Part shown: positions 39,683 through 53,231 of the stretch, piece by piece
Numbering within the stretch: the stretch's first letter is position 1
How the letters are laid out: the number at the start of each line of letters is the position of its first letter
Assembly: GCF_036321535.1 (NCBI RefSeq)
Contig: NC_087436.1
Coordinates: forward strand, 62,994,001-63,058,000
From: Camelus dromedarius
Lineage: Eukaryota
DNA length: 64,000 nucleotides
Direction of reading: 5' to 3'
Notes under the pieces: model-generated
Databases searched by the model: none
The model's input: only the letters and a program-made list of their open reading frames with translations
What the model was told of the DNA's origin: nothing
Made by a program: the position numbers and the translations under genes

Positions 39683-40158
39683 TGTTGCCATAAAATATTT
39701 GAGCCTCAAAGGGCCCCCAAGGCCTAAACATGAGTTCCCCTATTCTTACCAAATACATCCCTCACCCAGTGGGAAAGGATCCCCACAAGGTTAGCTCCCC
39801 TACCAACCAGAACAGCTGCACCTAATCCAGTCCTCAGTCTGATGGACTTTACTTCCCTGTTATTTAAAGAATCCACTCACATCCACTCTACAGGAACTGA
39901 GGGGTACCTCATTACCTTGTTACTACAAAGCCTGGCTCCCGTAGCACCTGCTGGTTCACTATAATCCTGAGTACAATCCCACTGTGGCCTGTGTGCTGTG
40001 CAGTGTTGTCCTCCCCTTATGCTATGGATATATGTGTCTAATAAACTGTGGCCAATGTCATTTGTCCAGTGTAGGGTATTGTGTGTTTGACAATCTCATA
40101 CTACTTAGGGTGGGGAATCCCTCCTATATCAACATGCTGAATAGAAATGATCAGAACA
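39683..40158 (+). mobile_element. MER74/MER73-like ERV-L solo LTR
   Basis: TG...CA termini; tgtcctccccttatgctatggatatatgtgtctaataaactgtgg...tgtccagtgtagggtattgtgtgttt...gggaatccctcc. Confidence 0.75.
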
Positions 40159-41789
40159 CACACACATGCACACATACATACACACACATATATTAGATGA
40201 AGCTTATACAGAATTTAACCAACATCTTTAGCAAGTGAAAAGTTCCAAACCTAGGGGTTGAGAGGGGGAAAATAAAAATAAAAGGAACAAATATATGCAA
40301 TAGGAAATGTGACCAACAGTTAATAATAAACAAACTGAGAAAAAATGCTTAGCATCTTTTGGGGAGAGGGGGAAATGGCTGATTTCATTAAGTATAAATT
40401 ATTTTGGAAAAATTAAAGTTTCACGATATTCTCCAGCAATACTCAGCAGTATTAAAAACTGAGAGACAGAACGAACGGTGAAATCTATTCATATTTGAAG
40501 AGTATTGAAATAATTATAATAGAAGGCTATTAAAAAATAAAAAACCTCTTAAACTTGTATTTAGCACATATATGGTAACAAACATTCTGGAATACGTCAT
40601 CTATCAGGGCCATAAGATAACAGACATAAAAATCCGTATTTGTGTTGTAGATTGAGAATACAGTGAGGGAGCTGTTATCATTCACTAGGGAGTCTACAAC
40701 CTGCCTCGTGTAATTTAAAAAGATAAACACTACCCATCTACACATTTCGCATAGCTTTTTATGCAATCCTAAACGTGTGTTTTTATATGATATCCAGTAT
40801 AAGTTTTCTCAAGCTAATTGGTTCCATGGACTTTCAGATAAATACAATTCCAAATAGTAATAGAGTTGAGTATACTTACACGAGCAAGACTAAATGGTAC
40901 TGCAGTTGGAAAAGATGCAAAGTTATTATAATGTTTATAATCCATAAATAACACAGGGAAGAAAAATATTTTACTTATTTTTAAATGTGAGGGCAATATT
41001 ATAATGAAACATGATGGTATTTCTGTTGAATACTTCTTAGTGCTGAGCATCTCTGCGGGAGGGTTAAATCAATACTGTTCATTTGATCCATTTGATGGTT
41101 TGAGGTTCTTAATTCAACTTCTTGCCTGGGAAATAAATGAATTAACCTTCAAGTAATTTCTGTAGTTGCTATACTTGAGTAAGCATACTCAATTTATTCT
41201 TTAAAGCTGTAAGTTAAAGTCTTATTCAGTTCTTCTGTGCTAACAACACAGGAATTATAAATAAGCAATATTTGTTTATGAGCAATGTTAAAAAGCAAGC
41301 TATGTCACGTCTCTGTATGACAACTGGCAAATTAATTAATTTACGATTTTAGTTTATATGTATTTATATGGCGATAAAAGAATGGTAAAACCTAAAAAGT
41401 AGAATAAGTAGGAGGTGTGTTTAAATCAGATGATGGACCGGCATGTTGCCACTAATACCTCTGTAATATCCCTGTATTCAAATTCCTTAAAAAAATCTAA
41501 CAATGAAACTATCATTTCTGAGTAGCAAGAGTTATCTTAAGTAAGAAAACTCTAGGAAGAATTACTCTAAGAGTTAGGTGTCCCATGAGAACTTATGGTA
41601 GTGATCTAAGTGGTTGAGTACACAGACTGTTTCATAACAGGTATCCCCATAACATTCTGGAAGCATCTAAATAACTCACATGATGCAGTATATCAATGAA
41701 ATTGTGTATTTGGAACAGTACCGGGGTCAATAAGATGCTTGTGAACAATGTTCAAGTGCTCTTGTGAACAGGAAGGTATTATAATGGTG

Positions 41790-42259
41790 TGTTACCAGCT
41801 CTTAGGAGTTTCCAGAGGTATTTATAAAGAGGCTGCAGTTCTTGTGATGTCATTTACTTAATGAACTTTGGTTGAAGTTAACAAAAGTTAAAAGCGAATA
41901 CAAAGAGACTAGACTCCTTATTCAAAACCCTTTGCTCCACATCTGGACAAGGTGATAAGAAACCTTTCACACCCTTCCCTTGGTGTCAACAAATTATGCA
42001 AATCAAAGCCCATGTATGGAATCCTCACTGGCCACACCTCCTAAACAAAATGAAACCCAAACCAGTCTTCCCTCTCTACTCTCTCAAGCTATTTTCAAAC
42101 CTGCTTGGAAGTCTGCTCTACTTTCTCCAGAAAGTCTCATTTTGTGAGTAATAAACTTTTTTCACACTTTTCTGGTACATGTGTAGTATTATCAGTCTTG
42201 ACAGTCAAGCAACATTTTCTGTGGTGGGGTCTGTTTTGACCTCACAGAATGACTACACA
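41790..42259 (+). mobile_element. MER90/MER110-like ERV1 solo LTR
   Basis: TG...CA termini; agaaagtctcattttgtgagtaataaactttttt...gtgtagtattatcagtcttgaca. Confidence 0.65.
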
Positions 42260-45063
42260 ATGAACAAATAACAAATGAAGAAATTTCATACCAAGAAAAA
42301 TGTACTAACCAAAAAAAAATTCATAATGACAATATTCATTCTGTTTTCAGTACTGTTTCTGCCATGTGATTCTCCAAAACAAAGCCAAATACAGTTGCTT
42401 ATAGATTTGCTTCTGCTTAGGATGTAGAAATTTCAAGAATATTACACTCATTCCAAAGATAAGAAAAAACTTAATGGTCTGACCCCAGGGAACAAGGCAA
42501 AATGATCCCCATTGTTTCTGGGTGAAGGGTAAAAGTCAAAATTGTGTTTTTTCCCTGAAGGAGAGCTAAGAAAATGCCTTGAACTCAGGAGGCTGAATCA
42601 GTACAAAGAGATAGACAACCTACCTTTACATGTGATAACTGTAATTATCAATTTTCCTGCATTGTTAAAGAATGCTGTATACATAACTTCTAATTTTTGT
42701 TATTTATTGAGGGGTTTGTCAATATTTGTGATCCGATATAATAGTGTATTTTATTTTCTCAAGATTCACACGTCAATGTATTTTAATTAATTCAATGCTA
42801 TTAACTATGTCCTCTAGATTTTACTTTTTAATCTGCTTCATCTAACAAGAATCATGAAAGGTATATTTAAATATATTAGTAATGTGTTTCTACTTCCCTT
42901 TGCATGCATGTCTTTTTTTTATTAAATTGAATGCTTTATAGTGTATTGCACATATATCCTTGACTGTTTCACCCCACTGCAAATTCTTCCTCTAATATCT
43001 TTATAAAGTGTCATTTTAAGATGTATTCAATATTTTTATCTAATCGACAAAATGAGTCATAATGTTTTTGTTTTGTTTTCTGATTTTCTTTTTCACATTT
43101 GCCTGCTTTACCTTCCCCAATTCCTATGTTCTCAATATTTTCTGAAGTACCTTAAGAGAGTCGTAACAAGAGAAGACTGACATTTTGCTTGAGATACAGT
43201 ATGAAAACTAACTTTAATAGGTGAGTTTGGACCACATATGTTCTTTAATAGACACTGTTTTACTGTGTCATATAGGTTTATTATAATTTCTCCTTTGAAA
43301 GTTTTAAACATTTTCAGAAATTTAATTCCTTTGTGTTTATCTGTATGTTTACATTTATTCTGATTGTTTGTTGGGTTGGCACTTTTTGTTGTTCTAGCAG
43401 TTAACATCTCAGCCCTCACTTTACTGGTTACCTCTCACTCCTCTGTTTCTTTAGACAGTATCCATCAACCTCCTACAGGAGCACAGGTACAATTAGTGTA
43501 TTTTCTTTTTCATTTTCTTCCCATTCCTTTCTTCTGCAAATACAAATTTAGTTGGTTACAGTGGTTTCTCATCTTTTACGTAAATTTTATTCAACAGAGT
43601 TGATAAATACTACAGGGAAATGACCTTTACTTCTAGTAATTTACTTGCAGAAATCATATTATCTCATACTTTCACTTCTCTTTCTCCTCTAAATCCTTTT
43701 AAGTTAGTAGTTTATCCTCTTATTGAGGTATTGTAATATTAACTTTTTGTTATATAACAGTATTATTAATATTTTAGTCCTAAAGTCTTATTTAATACTC
43801 TAAATTGATTTAGGGTGACCTTCAGTCTCTTCGCCATAGTGTTCCTCTAAATGAATAAGTTGCTTGATGTTTGAACTTTAGATATTTCTTCAAGAATTCA
43901 AGAGAACACTATAACCTCAACTGTCGCATGTCAAAAATGCATATTTATTGCTCCCTGAATGATGACTTAAATGTGTACACAGTTTTTGGGACACTTTATT
44001 TCCTTAAGGACTCTGGTGTTTACAGTGTTGACTGTTGCTATGAAACAAATCTAAGGAGGGTTAGCCTAAATTCTCTCCAATATATTCTGGCTTTTTCTTC
44101 ATAGTGGTTCAAAGTGTTCTTTAATTATCTTTAAATTCCAGGGGTTTTAAAGGCAATGTCTTTGTGACAATTACTTGATGTCAAATTTTCATTCTCCCAA
44201 AACTTCATCTTTTCTGAAGCACTTTAAGAGGTCACAAATAGAATCAGTCCCTCCCAACTAAAGAAGAGATATTTTGATCACCAATTAGGTTTGTATATGC
44301 AATGGACTGTAGTGCATCAAACATGTTAAACTTATAGTGATGCTAAAAACAACCTTACTCCTTGATGATTTTTATAATATACAAGGAAACCAACTCATTA
44401 TTTGGAAAACTAAATGATTGGTAAGAATGAACATTTTATATTGTCTCTCCTTTATGAATTTTACCAAAGGGTAACACAGTAGGAAGAGAGGAGGTTTCTC
44501 TTTTTAGAAATATTTGAGCTCATAAATGAAGAAAGAATTTTGTGCCACATAATGAATTATTAAATTCAAACAATGATTATCAAAGGCTTCTAAGAACACG
44601 TACACAACAATAAGATATTTCACATTTTCTGATGGAAATACACAGCACCTTCTATTAAGTAGTTGTCCCAAAATCTTAAGTTCAATACTCATTCTTCTTA
44701 TTTAAATGCCGATTTTTAAGAAATACATCAAAAGAAAAGTATTTCAAGCCATAGATAGGTAAGCAAATTCAACTCCTGGGAAACTTTACAAGAAAAGTTA
44801 TTTGGCTTTTCAACAGAAACAACAAAAATTGTAAGGGAAAAAAAAAGGAAAGGTGTACAAAAGATTAAAACAGACTCTGAGAAAAAATAAGCAGTCATAA
44901 CATATGGAACAAAAGTAAAACTTCTATAGAACAATTTGAGTAATATGAATACTGGTGATATTAAAATATTATTGTTTTATTGCTGATTTGGAATGTAGGT
45001 GACAATAGCACTTGAATCATGTTTAAAAAGTGGAATCCTTGTCATTTATAAATATATAGCAGC

Positions 45064-45265
45064 TATGAGTATTTTGATGGGGGTTGCATTGGATCTGTGG
45101 ATTGCTTTGGGTAGTGTGGCCATTTTGATATTGTTGATTCTTCCAATTCAAGAGCACAAGAAATTTTTTCCATTTCTTTGTGTCATTTCAGTTTTCAGAG
45201 TATAGGTAACCTCCTAGGTTAATTTATTTCTAGGTATTTTGTTGTTTTTGATGTAATGGTAATGT
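45064..45265 (-). mobile_element. Younger L1 ORF2 mid-region fragment
   Basis: Reverse complement ggaagaatcaacaatatcaaaatggccacactacccaaagcaatccacagatccaatgcaacccccatcaaaat encodes GRINNIKMATLPKAIHRSNATPIK, matching the L1 ORF2 motif [24 protein letters not shown]. Confidence 0.85.
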
Positions 45266-45319
45266 CTCTGCCAGTTATAAAATTCCAGTTTTTGAAGTGA
45301 AAAGAAAAGTGAATGAAGG

Positions 45320-45505
45320 GCCGCAAATGGCAAAATATCCTTCTTTTTTATGGGTGAGTTGTACTGTATGCAGTATGTGTGTGTGTATATATACATCTCC
45401 ATTGTCTATTCAACTACTGATGTGCACTTAGGATGCTTCCATATCTTGGCAATTATAAATAATGTTGCTGTTAACAGCAGGGTGTATGTATCTTTTTGAG
45501 TTAAT
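45320..45505 (-). mobile_element. Younger L1 ORF2 C-terminal fragment
   Basis: Reverse complement aaaagatacatacaccctgctgttaacagcaacattatttataattgccaagatatggaagcatcctaagtgcacatcag...ataaaaaagaaggatattttgccatttgc. Confidence 0.85.
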
Positions 45506-45637
45506 TCTTAATTTGTGGTTGGCTTTATTCCTTTGATAACTATGTAAGTTTAAAAAGCTAAAGCTCTAAATGTTCTTAGAAACAATGAACAGTACAGATA
45601 TGTAAATTAAAAATATATGTGCATTAAGTTAAAAGAT

Positions 45638-46140
45638 CTATCAAGCCATTAAAGACATAGAAGAAAATTAAAAGACATATTACTAAATGAAAGAAGCCAG
45701 TCTGAAAAGGCTACAAACTGTACAATTCCAACCAAATGACATTCTGGAAAAGGCACAGCTACAGAAACAATAAAACGATCGTGGTTTCCAGGGGTTTGGG
45801 GAGAGGGAGGGAGGGAGGAATGAATAGATGGAGCACAATGGATTTTAGGGCAATGAAATTATTCTTTATGATACTATAGTGGTGGCTACATGTCATTATG
45901 CATTTGTCAAAATCCATAGAATGTACAACATCAAGAGTAAACCCTAATGTAAACTATGGACTTTGGTTGATAATAGTATGTCCATGTTGGTTCATCGATT
46001 GTACCAAATATGCCACACTGATGAGGGATATAGGGGAGTATATATGTGTGGGTGGGGAGGGCCGTGTGTGAACTCTGTATTTTCTGTTCAATTCTATTGT
46101 GAACCTGAAACTGCTCTAAAAGAATAAAGTCTATTAAAAA
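45638..46140 (+). mobile_element. L1MC1-like 3' end
   Basis: gaaagaagccagtctgaaaaggctaca...agagtaaaccctaatgtaaactatggactttggttgataat...tgtgaacctgaaactgctctaaaagaataaagtctattaaaaa. Confidence 0.85.
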
Positions 46141-49100
46141 TATATAGCAGCCAATGTATTGATAAAATGATATAAATTTTGAAATTTGTTTCACAATAAT
46201 ATAGAGAGACTTGTAGCTAGTGGTAGAGGGAAAAGTATATTATTTATGAGTTTGCAACTTTTAAAGTTTTTCAAGGAGTACATGTATTTATTCTACTACT
46301 CTTTTTTCCTTTGCACATGTGTTTAAAATTTTCTTTTAAAAAAGCAAAAATTAAAAATCATTCCTCATTAAGAAATTTTTTCTTTTGTTTGAGAGTCAGA
46401 AGGCAAAAACCAAAAAATAAAAATTCCTACATATTTTCAAGCAAACAATTTTTAGATCTATATCTACAACTTTGATTGTAATTATGTTATGGATTAGAAC
46501 AAGAATTGAATTTAAATGAAAAAAAATGAGCAAAGCAGTTACTTAGCACAGTATATTAGATGATTTTTTTGTTGTTACTCTTAAGTGCTCAAGTGCTTAC
46601 TGAGAAAGCTTCTAGGGTCATTTATGAGAGTAATCTATACATGTCATAAACATTTGCTTATTTTCCCATGTATAAGGAAATACAAAAGAGCATTATAATA
46701 TTTTTAAGAAAAGGAAAGGATTTTAATGAGAAATCATTCATGATACTAATTCTCACACCTTGCATATTTTATTTTCTCACTTAATTTCCACTAGGTACAA
46801 TAATTTACCTTTCTAGGATGTCTTTCTGGGAAAAGTAAGTAATTTAACAAACTCATCTGACTAATTCTTATAGTCTTTATTATGGATTTTTGGAAACTCT
46901 TAAATTTGTCTCTAATATATATGTATAATACAATTACATCTTTGCAAATATACTTTCTGTGCCTTGTAATAAATAACAAGATAAACAGTCCCTTAATTAT
47001 CCAAGTATGCCATGGTATTGAAAGGAGAAGAGATATTCCCAAAAGTCCGCTTTGGAGAACAGAAACAAAATGCTTCAAATAGCAACAAACAAGGGCCAAA
47101 TTATCCTCTTACGTAGCCAATAATTCTTTCCAGAGCATATAATAATTTAAGATGAAAATAACATGTATTTTCTAATTCCTGGTAGACACTATATTAATCT
47201 AATAACTCTTTCATTCTTAGCTAGTCCACCAAAGTGTTTATAAAGGTCATGATGATATTAAAATAATTTTATTGTGGCTTTCTTATGAAAGAAGAACTCA
47301 TCCTGATTACATGACATTAAAAGACCTTAGCAGTGTTATATGATGGTAAAACAGTAGTTTAAAAGATGGTTAAGAATTTGAATAGAAGATCAAAATACAC
47401 AGAACAAATGCAAATTCGCAAGTTGTGAACTTATGACACTTTGATTATTTTAATCTTCCATACTCACATGATTATTTTTAAATTAATGACCATTTAGTTT
47501 TGTGGCATATGTGTATACGTCTGTTATGACAGTGGGAGAGGGTAAAGGAGGAGGAGAGGGAAAGAGAGCGGGAGGAGTGGAAATGAAGACAGATTGATGC
47601 TTATTTTCGAAGCTTCCTTAGATAGCAATATTAATCAGCTACTGGAAGTGATTATTTTTCAAGATATTCCATGGAAGTCTATTTTCAAGAGAAATCAAAC
47701 TGTCAAATGTTTTAGAGAGCTATTTTAATTACTTTTGTAATTATTTCCTTACCACTTCTCTTTGACTTTACAGGCAAGAAAGTGGTCTGCCTTTCCATCT
47801 ATAGAGAATCACAATTCCAAGAAGTTGTCATCTCTGAGTCAGGCTTCAATAAATAGTTCTGAAAATAAATATGAAAGCTGGTCCAAGATAAATTTATATC
47901 AAGCTTTTGCAACATTATGTTCTGTGTATTCTTTTAAAAAATCATTGTTGCAGAATGGCATTAAATTTTGAATGTGTATTTCAGAATTTTCAGACAAAAA
48001 ATAGAAAAGAAATATAAATCAGTCTTGATTTCAAGATAGATACATTCTTTAGAATCTTAAGCCACTTCAGTAGCAATTCTGGAGCCAATTATGTCAACCA
48101 CTATGATGTTTAATTTTTAACTTTTCATTACTAATGAATGATCACTAAACAATCATCTAATAGAAAGATGGCATTCAATTATTCACAATTTTCTTGAAGC
48201 ATTCCTTTATGATAAGATGTGATTTTTCAGTGATCACTCTTCAAAATTTTATCCAATAGCACAGAATTGAAAGAGAATGCAACATCATAAAATAACTTCT
48301 GTACTTACAACAAAAGTTTTCTACTGGAAAAGTAACATTCATGTATAAAAATACAAACATGACTCAAGGAGGTAAGCACTGAGAATCCAATAATATAAGA
48401 TGATACTACTTTTATCTTGGTGAATCTAATCATCTTCTTACATTAACCTAACCAACAGGATAAGACATCTAGGTGGCAATTGGTTGGCTCTCTTGGAGCA
48501 TAATTTAAGACAGAGTACCTCATCTTATCTTGTACCTATTTATTTTTGTTTTCTCATTGCTTTCCATTTCCCCCCTTGTATTTTGTAAAAATAAAATGGC
48601 AAAGAGTAAAGAAAATATGTTCAGCAAACTGGAAATAGTTTGAACAGAAGATGCATTTCCATTTTCCTTGCCAATGCCAAAAGTTGCAGTGAGTACAACC
48701 TTTCCAGGATAAATCATCTGAACAATCCCTGGTGTGGAGATTGTAACAGTTTATCACTTCAGGTTGTCAGTGTGTTTGCCTCTGGGAATGAAGTAAAAAG
48801 ATCAAGTTACCTAAGATCCCTGATGTGCTGCACTGCCATCAGTGTGTCCCTTAAGCAAGCAGAATATTTGTTCTGATATCAGTCTTGTTGGGCTTCTTAT
48901 TTAAGTGGGTAAATTCCAACTACATACAAAGTGTCATCTTTATTATTCTGAACAAATGTTCCCTAGAATGTTGTAAACAGCTATTATATGAAGACATTAA
49001 AAAAGTAAACCAATGGCATTCTTTTTAAAGCATCTACTTATATACTTAAGCAAAATAATCAAAGTACAATCAAATAAATAGGGTAGAAAAATGAACTACA

Positions 49101-50879
49101 TGAAAAATATGGAATAGGAAGAGAAATACAAGCAATACTGTGATATATGATTAGAAACACAGTGGGTGTCCATAAAGCACATGAAATTGGTCATTGAGAT
49201 CATTGATTAGCTTTGCCCAATTGCCTGGGTGGTTGAGCAGAGAAATTTGATTGCTGATTAGGTTATCCAATCTGGTTGCTAGGATGACCTAATAACCAGA
49301 CCAATCATTTACAGTCCAGTTATTTTGATTACCCCTGCGACTCAAATTGCCCATTTCATAAACTTACCCAGTGTTCAGACCACAACTTATAAGTGATTCA
49401 GGTGATCAGCCACATAGAAATGAGCAGAAGACTCCATTTTAGAACAAAGTTGGTGAATGAAATGAATAAATAGGAAGAAATCCTATTCTAAAAATCAAAA
49501 AAACTGATATAATGAGTAAAGTTTCCTCCTCATAATATAAATGTTTTAAGTATTGTTCCTATCTATAAGTTAAAATTGGAACAATTTTTTTTGAAACTTT
49601 CTTTAGCTGACTGAAAATCAGATTACTGAGAGAAGTCCAGGAATATCAGTTCATTTCAGTGCATATACATGAAATACACTGTATTATTTATAATAATCGA
49701 CTGGCAGGATTTAACTGATTATAATTATACAACAAATTAGGCATTTGGTTAATTGCAATTTGCCCAAGGAAATATTTTACAAATTGCTTACAAGTCTGGT
49801 TACTGCTAAACTTCAATTGTCATGGAAGATAAAACAGCTCACTAAATATTGTGAGTGCCGCCACTTCCCTTTGCTTCTAGGCAGCTTAAGAATTTAACAC
49901 TTTTTTTTTTTTCCTGAAGGGATATTGAGGGCAAGAAGGATATTGTCCACAAAAACGGGTTCTTATAGATTGTGGAGACACAAATCTTCCTTGGGTAGTT
50001 TTTTTTTATGAGTATTTTAAAAGTCAAATCACATGCTATATTCCTGTATGCGTTCAAAACCTTGAATTTATACATACCCACCCTCCACCCTGCCCCAGTC
50101 CTGATTTTGGCAACTTTTCCTACATAGCAGCGAAGGTCTAGATACAGGCATTCTGTCAGATGGGCTGATACACTTTTGTTAGTCTTCCAGTTGGATGTTT
50201 TCTCAAGAGAATGTTTAGGAAATAACTTCACCTGAAACACTGCAAAATATATCCATCTGATGAGGCAATGTTAGAAGTTAAGAAAAATACTCGCTGTTGA
50301 GTATTATTGAATATTTACATCATATTGGACTTTGTGTTTAATGTCAAAAAGTAAATATTTTATTTATATGGCTTTTGTTCAAAAATTAGCCAAGAAACTG
50401 AGGCACAGAAAGTAAGAAACCTTGCTTTTTATTAAAAAGGAAAAAACACACACTCTATGCCTTCTCCGTGGAGTTTCTACATCCATTTCTTGAGACCAAG
50501 TGACAAGAGGATACTTTTGGTCCCAGGCAAGCACAAAATTTACTTTCCCTATATTTTCATCCATTGGGGAGAACAAAAAACAAACCAGTAGACCACAGTC
50601 CACAATGAGCAAGCCCTCAGGGACCATATGAAAGAAACAGGAGGTCAGAAAGAACAGAGCAGGAGTGACTGCACGGACCCGAGGTTATTGGTTTTCTTTT
50701 ATGAAAAATTCTGAGCCAACTGCCTTGACATGTGGTTCTTACTCAAAATTACAGCTAATTTGGGGGAGGCCCATTCTGTGTTTAGAATTTAGACTTGTCT
50801 TTAGCTTAGGTCTTATATAGAGAAGCTTATAAAGAAAGAAAAACATATTTATATAAACTTCTACTGTATAATCTTTACT

Positions 50880-51295
50880 AGTCCTGATACAATTTGGGTT
50901 TCTCTAGAAGCAGAATTTATTGAGAAATGTTCTCAAAAACAGCACCTGAGGGGTAAGAAAAGGAAGTAAACTTGGGCAGAGAGAGAACTTGGGCTGTGAT
51001 GTAGTCATCGTGCCTCTGGCGACCCCACAGGGATCTGGGCACTTCAGATAGTCCTTGGGAGTTATCCTCAGAAGGTAAGGGGGCCAAGCATATATATATA
51101 TAACACAGACCAGTTATTTTAAGCACGTTGTCTTAAGAAGGTAAAATGACCTTAGGAAGTGGCTCCATGTAGTCAAAGGAAATTTCCAGAGGACTGCCGT
51201 TGAAGGCGTATAGCCAAAAGCATTCCCAAAAGCTGGGAGAATATTCCTTCAGTCCTGAAAAGGCACCTGGGATTAGCAAAATACCATTCTCTACA
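50880..51295 (-). mobile_element. LTR16A-like ERV-L solo LTR
   Basis: gggtttctctagaagcaga...gggcagagagagaacttgggctgtgatgtagt...cattcccaaaagctgggagaatattccttcagtcctgaa...ctaca. Confidence 0.7.
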
Positions 51296-52904
51296 ATGAA
51301 TATTAATATTCATAAGCACAATGTTCCCTTATGCCTGACTGAAGATGAAATTGTTATAAGTTAGTGTAGGTTATAAAGGAGTATGCTGCAGGATACATGT
51401 GGGTGGGCTGGGAAGTATAGAGTAAATAAGGAAAATATTGGATTGATTTAAACCCATTTCTAATCCATAGAACTCTGAAATCAACAGCTAATTCTACTGA
51501 GAAATGAAGGTAACTCTAAATGTTTGAGAATAAATGTAAAGATTTAAAGATTCAAGAAACTTTCATATTCCTGAATCGATGAGAAAAAGGAATGTTAAAG
51601 TATAAAATGTAATAAACATAGCCATCAATTATTCTGAGCACATAATCTGAATTGCTCTGACACAGGTATGAAGCAGGTACTTTACGTATGTTAATATAGT
51701 GGGTCTCCACACATTTTCTTAAAGCTGCATAACACTTTTTAATAAATGAACTTAAAAATAAAACCTCTGACGCATAAAAGAGAAAAGCTACCTGCCAACA
51801 AAGAAAAAAAGAGACCAGATCCTGGCAAATCAGTCTTCTCCTTCTTCAAGCCATCTATTAAGGTATTGCTGGGTTTCCCAGAGTTCCAAGGAAAGTCCTG
51901 TTAAATCTATCTAAAATATATTTCAAATTTATTAACCTTGCTTATGTGAAGAACAACATTGTCTCCTTTAGTGCATTAAAAAAAAAAAAAAAGCCTTTCA
52001 CTTTCTCCTTTTTTTTATTCTTGACATCCTGAAAATCACTTTCTATAACTCAGGCAAGGGAGTCTGTTTTAAAACAAATTAGATCTGGTTTTTCACCTGG
52101 TTCTGCTTATTACTACAACCACGATTTATAGAACAAAGTTTAGCATATCCGCAAATGTTCAATACATATTTGTTGAATAAGTGAATATTATTCTACGACT
52201 AAAACTCTTGAAAGTTTTTCCATCACACTTGGGCTAAAATATTAATTGTTGTTACTCTCAAGGGGGTACATTATAGTGTCCATGCCTATCTTTTCAGCCT
52301 TATCTTATACCATTCCTAACCCTAACTCACTGAATTCATTTTAATCTTAAGGCCTAGACTTCATAAAACATTCCCTCCCCATAGAACATAATTTTCCTTC
52401 TTCAAAGGACAGTATGGTTCCTTTTTCCCATCCCACCACCCAGACCTCTGCATGACTGACTTCTTTTATCATTGTGTCTCAAGTTAAAAGTCACCTCTTC
52501 ACAGAAATTTTCTGTTGCCACCCAAAATAAACTAGACTTTCATACCATTTTATTTTTCTTCATGTTCTTATTGTACATATATCACTCATTGTTATAATGT
52601 AAACCCTAAAAAAATCAAACATATGTCCACCTTTCTTTCCGTTGTATATACAGTTTCACACACATGTGCATATGTGTGTATACTTGTGTATGAGGAAGCA
52701 TATGTGTACATATACACACATCATGTGACTTCATGGTATCCTGATTCAGTTGAAAGTCAGGACTAAGTCTGCTGCACTTCCTTGATATTTCAGCTTCCTA
52801 AAATGTGAATGAATTGAACAGTATAGTTGTCTACCTCATAAGAATGCTATTGAAAATCAACTACATTATATCAATGAAAACAATCTCACAATGTACAAGG
52901 AACG

Positions 52905-53231
52905 TGTCTTAGTTCAGGCTGCCATAATAAATTATCACTGACTGAGTGTCTTAAACAACAAACTTTACTTTCTCAGAATTCTTGAGGCCAAGAAGTATGA
53001 GATCAGGTTGCCAGCAAGGTCAGATTATAGGGAGGGACCTCTTCCAATTTCTTTCATATGGTGAAGAAAGAGGGAGAGGAAGCAGGCGGTAGCATCTTCT
53101 TTTATAAGGGCAGTAATCCCATTCGTGGGGGCTTCACACCTATCACCCAAATGCCTCACCTCCTAATGCAATCACATGGTGGGGGTTAGGATTCCAATAT
53201 ATGAATTTCTGTGAACATTTAGTTCACAAAA
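52905..53231 (-). mobile_element. MLT1A-like MaLR solo LTR
   Basis: tgtcttagttcaggctgccataataaa...gagatcaggttgccagca...ttttataagggcagtaatcccattcgtggggg...ggggttaggattccaatatatgaattt. Confidence 0.85.

Larger units (their letters stand above)
44270..46340 (+). mobile_element. Old L1MC4/5-like 3' UTR, host of the 45064-46137 insertion
   Basis: tgatggaaatacacagcaccttcta... and atgtttaaaaagtggaatccttgtcatttataaatatatagcagc[insert]caatgtattgataaaatgatataaattttgaaatttgtttcacaataat are colinear with the remembered old L1 3' UTR. Confidence 0.6.

Noticed and set aside
41165..41182. Near-palindrome ttgagtaagcatactcaa
   Set aside because: A 7-bp stem is expected by chance in AT-rich 64 kb.
48520..48876. 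Overlapping short ORFs in non-repeat sequence
   Set aside because: No recognisable protein or clear splice structure. It could be a conserved non-coding element, but the sequence alone cannot show that.
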